From contig CT868563.1 of NCBI GenBank assembly GCA_000165425.1, positions 186,001 through 250,000 on the forward strand: a stretch of DNA of 64,000 nucleotides, in the 5' to 3' direction. Source of the DNA: Paramecium tetraurelia. Its lineage: Eukaryota. Positions within the stretch are counted from its first letter, which is position 1, and every line of letters starts with the position of its first letter. Under the pieces are notes generated by a model that saw only the letters and a list, made by a program, of their open reading frames with translations, searched no databases and was not told the origin of the DNA. Below, piece after piece: positions 53,302-64,000 of the stretch. The position numbers were made by a program, and so were the translations under genes.

Positions 53302-53787
53302 TCATATTTTTATATTTAAGTTTATTATTTCACTTGATAACAGAATAATAAGATAGAAATGTATTGAAGTAGAAAAAATTAGAAAATATTAATCTTCAAA
53401 TTTATATGGCATTCAAAATTTCATTCTCTTTTCCATTAAGCATTCTCAGATTTATTCTCTTTCAATTCACTATGTCAAATTTTAATTAGATTCTTAAAAT
53501 ATTCTCTTTGATTTAAAAATCTGCCATACTATATATTTTCTCTTCATTTCAAAAAAATATTCATTTTTAATATATATCAATAAATAAACTAAATGACATT
53601 ATCCTCATTTCTTATATAATTATTTAACGTATTTGTTTCACTTCTAAATTAATTTAAAGAAATTCTTCAATTTATATTTCCAATCAAATTTCAAACGAAA
53701 TGCTATTTTTAAATAGGAGATGGCAAGATTTTTAGAACTTAAATATATTCTATTATTTTGTATAAATAATTAAATTATTTATTAATA

Positions 53788-55080
53788 TCATGACTATAAT
53801 TATTATTATTATTAATTTTCTTATTACTAATCCAAAATTTCTTATTCTGCCTATCTAGCAGCTTCCTCTTCAGCTAATCTTTAATCCTCGATTTCCTTAA
53901 GTCTTCTTTCCTCCTCCATTCTTTTTTTTTCTATCTTCTCTCTTTTTTTTCTAGCAATTTCTTCGTATTTGTCATCTATCTGTTATTACCTTCTTTTCAA
54001 TGAATTCGAATGTTCTATAGTAATTGTTTCTTCCATATTATTTAATATATCTTGATAATATGAATGACTTACTATTAAAATTGGAAGCATTGTCATTTTC
54101 ATCAACTAACTAACTTAACACATTTTCATAAACCCATGGTATATACTCATATAATAAGGCTGTTTCCAGGGGATCTCGAAAAACACCCAAATCCTATAAC
54201 TTCTTGATTGTATTTTATTTAAGGGGATTTATAAGAGATTTTGATAGATTTCTGCAAACTATTTTTTAATGGCTTTGCTTTTATATTTTTAAAAAAGTTT
54301 CATATTGCAATTTTCTTCTTGCCTCCTCTTAATCTAATCTCTATTAAACGGCCTCCAATCTTTGCATTTCTGATAATACAGAAGTCTTTTGTTTTTCATG
54401 TTATTTCTATTAGTGTTTCATTAACTTAATTTCTTCTTCTTCTAAGACTTCCATTCTCGACTGTTCCAATATCTTATTCATTAAGACCTATAAAATTGGT
54501 TCTACTTCCTAATCAAAATCAAAGAGATCTCCTTCCCAAATTTGAGTTTCCTTACAATTATAAGTATTTATACTTTATCTATGCCATTCTTCTTGGGAAC
54601 AAATAATCTATCAGGTGGTTTATCAATATAGTAGTCAGTTTATGCATCCATCTCTTATTCAGGTGGTTTATCTGTCAATATTTCTAAATATTCATCAGTT
54701 TAGATATCAATGTTAACACGATTTTAAAATGGTCTAGGAGTGCTTGGATGTAAATAGGTTGTCTATGGTTATTAAGCCTATGGTCATAAATTTAATATGT
54801 AACTGCTTTTTGTTATGGTTTTTTGAATGATTTAAGTGTCATTAATTTCTTATCACCTTATGTTTACACACTTGCATAAGTATTTCCCCTGACTACCCTT
54901 TTATCAAACATGATATTGCTTCCCAACAATGAACTTAATATAATCATCATTTACCAACCTGTTTTTTTGATCATCCGAAGATTATAAAGGTTATTGTCTG
55001 TATTTTGGTTTGGGTCTCACAACTTCAGGAGCAGCTTTGAATTCGTAATTCTCTCCAGCCAATGCCTAAGCTTATGCCAT
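53788..55080 (-). CDS. RSPH3: Radial spoke protein 3
   Basis: NIMFDKRVVRGNTYAS, TPRP...IDIQTDEYLEIL, AQTDYYIDKPP.RLFVPKKNGID, ETQIWEGDLFDFDQEVEPILQVLMNKILEQSRMEVLEEEE. TGA 53788-53790. Confidence 0.93.
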
Positions 55081-55144
55081 TATAATTAAATTATATTAAT
55101 AAACATGTATTATTATATAAATTAAATAAAGCAATTCTCACAAA

Positions 55145-56233
55145 TCATTCAATTTTTGAATTCTTTGCTGCAACTTGAATTGCTTCAATCATTTAGTTCC
55201 AAAATTAGTCAACTACTACTTTTCTTGCAAATTGTAAGGTGGGCTCTTATCCAAGAATTCCTTATTTATCAATAACAGTTCTCCCATAACACAATTTAGA
55301 TTCGCAATCAACTGCACAATACACAGGCTTAATTACATACATTTCTGGATGTAATGCATAAAACACAGCAACAGCTAAACTTAGGATCAAAATATTACGA
55401 TCATGAATTGGAGGATAATCGAATTCTTAGGCCTTGTATGCTGCCTAATATTCCTAGAGCATTTCCAAACACCAATCAGAAAATTTGGTGTTTATGCTTT
55501 TAATTCTTTATTAAAGGGGTTCTAATAATTAACATGTCTAATATTTTTGTAAATTAATGTATAGTACGTATGTTAAATCCAACGAAATCATAACCAATTT
55601 CAATGAATGCTATTTGCATGTATCAATGACGAATTGGGCAGCCTCAGGGTCTGAGTAAATGTTGTATTCTGAACTTGGTGTTACATTCCCAAATCCTGAT
55701 GTACCGCCCATAAATACTATCTCTTAAATTTAAGGAATTATGTCCTCGTGATCCCTAAGTAACTTAGCAATATTAGTCTATGGGCCTGTTATGACTATGA
55801 CAAACTAATTTATTGTATTTTAATACTTCTTGATCCCCAGCAGTCTACTTAATCAAATCGTATAAATCCATGTCTTCTATTGGCTTGAAGGAAGAAATCA
55901 ATTTATCAACCGAGTACAATCCTAATATTTATTTATTAGTCAATTTACCTTAAGTGCCATGCATTTTAGTTGTAGCTCTTGTAGATTTTAAAGAAAATTC
56001 TGCTCCTTTATACACTGGTACATCAGTTCTTCCTAATGAACTAAGCAATCGAATCGTATTATTTGTGCAGTTTTCAAGACTATTTTCAATACAAACTCTT
56101 ACCTTGTGTTTCCAAAACAAGTGGAAATTCCAAGTAGATTAGATTTTGGATGAAACAAAGCTAAAATGAGTGCCATGGCATCATCATTACCAACATCACA
56201 GTCTAACCATATATTGACCTTTTCTGTGTCCAT
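55145..56233 (-). CDS. Inosine/uridine-preferring nucleoside hydrolase
   Basis: [14 protein letters not shown] (DxDxxxDD), [48 protein letters not shown]. Short introns. TGA 55145-55147. Confidence 0.92.
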
Positions 56234-56887
56234 TATTGATTATAAGATAATAAAAATAATAAAATCATCTCTTGTTTTCAACATAAAATTTCGTAATTCA
56301 TTAATAAATTACTATTTTTCTATAATTTACATCTGAATCACTTTCTATATTACTAAACAAAAGCCTTGATCATTGACAATCATTTTCAAATCAATTTCTC
56401 TCTTCAAAGGATCCTTCTCAAGTTAAAAGTATCATGATTATTACTATGCTTTCATATTTGTCATATGAAAATATGGTCTACCATTGAAAATTTATTATTT
56501 CCTCTTTTGTCAATAAGAATTTCAAATAAGTTGATCATATTCTATATTACCGTTTTCTCCTCTTTTTAATAACACTTGTTATTCATAATTTTTTAGGTTA
56601 ATAATGTTCAAGAGGCTTTGAGCTATAATTCATACAAAATTATATATATTTAACCTAATTGCTAATTGGCAATTATGCCGTATAACAAAATTTCAGTTTT
56701 AACTAAATACTATGGAATATTAGTTTGAAAAAAATAAAATTTTCCATATAATTATTTTTTTTTATTTTACAGCAAAAATGAAATCTGTTTCCTTTAATGG
56801 GTCAAATAAAGATAGAATCTATTTGATCAAAGTGAAAAAAGATGTTTAGACATTTTTAATGTATTTTAATTTTGAACTCCTTTTTAA

Positions 56888-57574
56888 TCAATAACTTCTA
56901 GTACATTCCATTTGAAGATATTATGATAAATCTAATTTAATTTTTCAAATTTCTTGCAATTTCGAGGAGGTAATGAGATTACTTTCAAAATAACTGAAAT
57001 AAAAGACATAAAGACTACATATTTTTAATAATCATTTCGAGATCCCCTTTGCTAATATTTATAGATTAGAAAGGCTGGTTTTCTTTGATTTTTAAGACTT
57101 GAATTTTCGGGCTTTTTTGCGTATTTGGTGGTTTTCAAGGTTCAAAGAATTAAGATAATTTATTTCATCAATTTGGACTAGATGAAAACAGTCTTAGGAT
57201 GCCTCTTAGACATAACTATTATCTTCGATTTATGATTTTACTTCCGATTTCTCGCTTTTCCCAGTTGATTTAAAACTAATCATGGTTTGTTAAATTTTGA
57301 GATTATTTAAATCACATATATAATAGAAATCCCCCATTTGTTACTTATTTTTTTTCCTTGCTCCGATTATCTCAATTGTGTCTTCTAATTCATCCGATAT
57401 AGTCATTCTTTTGAATTCGAAACAAACAGATTCATCAATTTATTTTTGTTCCTCTAAATTTTGAAAATATTGTTCTTCTTAATCATCCTCTTAGGTAAGA
57501 GTCTACAAGGGTTTCTTTCTTTATTTTATTTTCAAATATGTTCTAGCAGTTGTTTCATTCATTACGCAAAACAT
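56888..57574 (-). CDS. Hypothetical protein
   Basis: ATG 57574 plus a 23-nt intron gives an open code-6 frame (NIFENKIKKKPLQTLTQEDD...) to TGA 56888-56890. Confidence 0.45.
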
Positions 57575-57760
57575 CGTTTAATAAATAATAACAATTTATC
57601 TTCTTTATTAAGGGACCCTTATATAATATGTGAATTTCTATTAAAAAATGAATTGAGAATTTTATTATTTTGAATAAAAATATTTTTCAAAATTATTTCC
57701 TCTCAACAAATACTTTTTGTATTAATAATTTTAGATATTGGATATAGAATAATAAATATT

Positions 57761-60656
57761 ATGGATAAAATATTAAAAAAATATAAATTAAAAAAACCTA
57801 CAAAATAATAGTAAATATATTAAGCCCTTAGCAAGCTTTATAAATAGAGAAGGTACATCATAAGGGAAATATATTAAACAGAGAAAAATTATGTGGAAGA
57901 CTTAAAGATGATTTGTGAATTGATCGTCGATAAATATATATAATAATATGGAATCGAAGAGTCGAAAAAGTTGTTTTCAAATATCAAAGAAATTGTAGCA
58001 GTTAATGAATGGTTTTATGATAAGTTGACCGAAAGAATTTAATTAGAAAATCAGAAATACTAAAAGAATTATAAATTAAAGAACGAATTAAAGGATCAAT
58101 TTGGACATGAAAACAGTTAGTTGTTCTATTTTTAAAATTAAGAGAGTTTATTATCCAAATTTGAATGTTATTATTTGTATTGCGAAAGATATAGCACTAT
58201 GAAAAATTATATTTTGAAAATGAAAAATGAGAATGAAAATTTTCGATAATTTATAATGGAAGCAGAAAAAAATCCATTAATGAAATCTAATTAATTGGAT
58301 GATTACTTGATTAAACCAATACAAAGATTACCTAAATACATATTGCTTCTAAATGATTTAAAAAAGAACACTCCAACTTAAGCCAGTAATACCTTATTTA
58401 ATGGCCTTGATTACATTCAACATCCTGATTATGAGAATATTTGTAAATTATTAAATGTCTTTGAGAAGGTCAATGATAAAAATAATGAAAAGATTGGTGA
58501 ATTTTAAAATCTATAAAAAATGAAAGATGTACAAAAACAATATGGAAGTGCTAAGTTGATTATTGATAACAATAAAAGAGTGTTTGTTTTTCAGGAGAAT
58601 CTTGAATATTATGTGAATGCTTATTAAAAAAAAAACATTTAATTGTTGTGTTTTAGCGACGCTATTTTATTGATTGAACTTGAGTACTCTCTATTTGGTC
58701 CAAAACAGAAATGTATTGCAATGAGTGAATTTTCACTGGCTTCTGAATTCAATAAAATCAACTCCAAATAAGGGTTATTGTTCAAAATAACAACCAAGTA
58801 GAAGGTATTCATTTTTATAGCAAATGATAATAAGTAATTGGATAAGATAGAGAAACTATTTAAAATCACTATTGATAAATTTATTCAAGAAAAAAAGAGT
58901 ATGCTTGATGAAAGTGGAGGCAATGAAGATACAACTTGGGATTAATTATAAATATAAGTAAGAATTGAAGGAACAGAAGAATACAATTAAGCATCCCTTT
59001 AAAATTACACAGTTTACATTATATAGATCTAATTGAAAGACATAGGATGGAAAATATATTTGAGATACTCATAGGTTTCAGCAATATTTTCTTACATTAA
59101 AAAGTGTGATTCAGCCAATAATGTATTGAAATTGCAAAAAAGTAATTGGCTACAGAGTCATCAAAATAAATACTTAGATTCTCTTAAAATTAATATAGAA
59201 GGATTTATTCAAAGTATTTTTCAATGGAAAAATTTTGAGTAATTTAAAAAAAAAATTTTAATCAAATTAGGTCTTCCTACAAATTTTAATATTTTACCAA
59301 GATTTATGGGTGGTCAGAATGAATAAAAATTGGTTAGGAATCTCTCGGTGATTAATGAAAACCAAGACTCGATTGATACTTTAGCTGAAAAGTTAAATTA
59401 ACAATTCTTAGAAGAGTTAAAGATTTCTCATATGTTAAAATCTTATATTAATTAATCAGATGAGAAAACTATATCATTTAGTATCAGAGTGATTTTACCT
59501 AGATGTTTATAAGTAAAGGAAGAGATCATCAATGATCCTAACAGTAAAGTAGAAAGTTGGATAATTAATAAGATAACAAAGTGCGGTGAAATCATAGTAA
59601 AGATTGATAACTTAACCAAAGCAATGGAAATGTGTGAAATTATTGCCAATGCTATATAACTTTCAGAGTTTTATGATTTTAGATTATTTGTAATTGATAC
59701 AAGAGGAAATAAAAGGTCATTGGAAAATAATTAAATTGTTTTATAATCAGTGCCAGCAGACAAAAATATATTTCCAAATTAGAGTTTGAAAATCTTCACA
59801 TTATTCGATGAGCCTTACCGACTTGAATTCTGTAAGTACATATTCTTTCCCTAAACTATTGAGTCATATTTATATAAGTAAGACGAAACCAGATTAAAAT
59901 TGCTAGTGGAAGGGTTTTTAACGGAAGTCAAACATGCTCATTTAACTCCAAAAGTATATTCAATTATTTATACTTTATATATTATAATTTATAAAGAGAG
60001 TGATTAATTGGTAAGGTACAGTAATATTTTGGATAAGGAAATTATGGACGCCCTTATTTTATCTTATATTAGAAAATCACAAACAAATATAACTTGGATT
60101 GTAATCATTTGTATTCTTAAATTAGAACTTGGTGAGAAAGTAGATGGAATCAATATACCCTGAGATTAAAACTCTTGCTGCATAAAATGAGGAATTGTGT
60201 ATCCAATAACAATTGGATTTGAAGTAACAATAAATTTTCACTAATATCTAAAATTTGGCTAGGATTTCAATGATAAATTTAGCCTATCAAATACCTCTTT
60301 GGGGAATTGTGACCTTTTATGTTGGGATCAAAGTCACGGAAGAAACAAATAAGATTTTAAAATCAATATTATAAAATGAATTGCCTAATCTCTATTTAGG
60401 TATATCATATAATAAGTTCTAACTGTTAACTCCTGGAAGAAAGAAGATGCTTTGCTCTACTAAGTTAGCTTAGATCACTAATATTACTGTAGAACCTATC
60501 TATATATACATTTAAATAAAAAATTTTCTGTAGGAAAATGATAATTAAAATATTGTGTTGAAATTCAAAACAATTGAAGGATACAAAATATCAACTTTGA
60601 TTAAAGAATATCAAAATCTAAATTAATAATACCCTTAATTATCACAAATCATATGA
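57761..60656 (+). CDS. RhoGEF (DH) - PH - PX - FERM-like multidomain protein
   Basis: DH: RRYIIREIYQTEKNYVEDL, LFSNIKEI, LDDYLIKPIQRLPKYILLLNDLKKNTP...HPDY. PH: RVFVFQE...LLCFSDAILL. PX-like: YTVYIIQI...WKIYLRYSQV. FERM-like: TKAMEMCEIIANAIQL.EFYDFRLF, PLWGIVTFYV, LYLGISY. TGA 60654-60656. Confidence 0.8.
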
Positions 60657-60671
60657 ATTGAGAATTGAGAT

Positions 60672-61388
60672 TCATTAATATGCATATTAATTAATCAAAT
60701 ATTCATTAATAAATTTTTGTATATCCCAATTTTATTTCAATTTGTTTAATTCTTCTTGAGTAATAGCCTGTTGCGAATTAGAATGTGTCTTAACAAATTG
60801 TTAGATTTTAAGTAAATTGTTGATTTAATTTGTTGCTCTTTGAATTTTTGGTTGCATCATTAACTCAGATTTTTATATCACAGGATCAGATCCTTTTCGT
60901 TTTCCTCTCTTTTCCGGTAATAATTATTCACTAACATCAGAGGTTGTCGATTGATTTTCTATTTTCGAATAATAAGTTGAGGATGTGTCTGCAGTGTACC
61001 ATCTAGTATATTTATTTTGCTTTTAAGGGAGAATTCCAATAGCCTCACTTAGTATTTCATCGTTTTCATTGGTTATATCATCACTATCATATTATTATTC
61101 AGATTTAGTAGCTTAGAATTCTTCTTGGTATCTTAAGAATCTGTCTCTATCAACTTGGGCGTTGAAAACATAGACTTCGGCTTTTAGATTTAATTATTTG
61201 CAGATAAGATAGTGGTTACCAGGTTTGCAATCAAAGATGTGTTATTCACCTAATTTCAATTTCTTACTTTCTTCTTATTGGAATGTAAATGATAATCCGT
61301 GCTCTTATTCATTCCTAAGAACCAATTTTTCTTATTTCAAAAGATATAATCTATTTGGCATCAATTCATCATTACAAATGGTAATCAT
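60672..61388 (-). CDS. Hypothetical protein (238 aa)
   Basis: Intronless code-6 ORF, ATG 61388 to TGA 60672-60674 (717 nt). Confidence 0.7.
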
Positions 61389-61658
61389 TAATTAAATATT
61401 ATAAAATTATAAACTATATATATATATTTTACTAAGCATCCTAATATTTATGATGTCATTAAATTTGTTCTTTGCCTGATATTTTGCAAAAGCGAAAATA
61501 ATGAATTAAAAACGAAACTCATAATATAAATTTTGATAATTCAATATAGAAAATATAAATTATCTATTAATAAAATGCAATTTGGGATGCTGAAATATCC
61601 AAGGTGATATAAAAATGAGCAAGTAAAAATAATGTCAATTATGAATATTTTTATAAGA

Positions 61659-63362
<1,704 letters not shown>

Positions 63363-64000
63363 TATATAATTATTAAATATATATATTCATAATCAAAGTG
63401 ATTACTTCAAATTCCAATCAAATATCTATCTCCAACCCTCTTAACTACCCTTATTTCTCCGATTTCCTTTACGAAATTCCATATTCCCCTAAACATTTTG
63501 TCAATATTTTGAATTCAAAAATCTCCTTCAATTTCCTAATTATTTACAAATAACTTTGTTTTTCTAATCTAAATAACAAATTTTTTTCATTTCCTTTTCT
63601 TTACAATTATGCAAATTATTTAAAAATCTTAAAAATTAAATAATTTTTTTATTTTCTTTTAATACCCTATTAGAAATACATGTACTCTTTCTCACTTAAT
63701 GTGATTTCATATAATTCACATCTCATCGTAGCTAATTTTTGATACTTTTAATAAAGATTTTTTATACTATTTATTATAAGGCTGTAATAAATTAAACTTG
63801 ATTATATATTTAATATCAATATTGTAATATTTAGGTATTAGATTGACAAATATGGATGTAACCATCATTTTTATTATCATTAATTAATTTATCATTATTT
63901 ATTATCTTCATCATTTTACTACCATTATTTTATAAAAATCAGTTAAGATTATAGATATTATTCATATTATTTATAAGGAAGTAATAGATTTTGGCTGTCT

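Overview
AT-rich, gene-dense eukaryotic DNA with the hallmarks of a Paramecium-type ciliate somatic (macronuclear) chromosome. TAA/TAG are read as Gln (nuclear code 6), TGA is the only stop, introns are tiny (about 20-30 nt, GT..AG) and intergenic gaps can be as short as 15-60 nt. The supplied standard-code ORF track is therefore fragmented and partly artefactual. I retranslated the window by eye in code 6 and found about 30 genes. These include the 3' part of VPS13, a ciliate 2-TM protein, a sorting nexin, Rab6, an ankyrin/DHHC-like protein, CK1, CFAP57, a roughly 3,000-aa IP3-receptor-type Ca2+ release channel, a RING/TRAF-type zinc-finger polyQ protein, LSm6, an SRSF7/RSZ-like SR protein, Tctex-1, NFRKB, a hybrid histidine kinase, a CFAP97-domain protein, a C2-domain membrane protein, RSP3, a nucleoside hydrolase, a DH-PH-PX-FERM protein and ERK7/MAPK15. 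There are also several decayed segments and a 150-N assembly gap. I saw no rRNA, tRNA, CRISPR array, telomere or transposon. The main leads are: (1) an abnormally long 79-nt intron with an internal alternative acceptor splitting the SR protein zinc knuckle (candidate AS-NMD autoregulation); (2) a catalytically dead AKR1-type palmitoyltransferase (DHHC->QFHS); (3) a small membrane protein with tandem acidic FEIL LIR-like motifs; (4) a DEG/ENaC-like 2-TM protein; (5) a GC-shifted, TGA-riddled tomosyn/Lgl-like relic. Exon boundaries were read by eye and no database searches were run.
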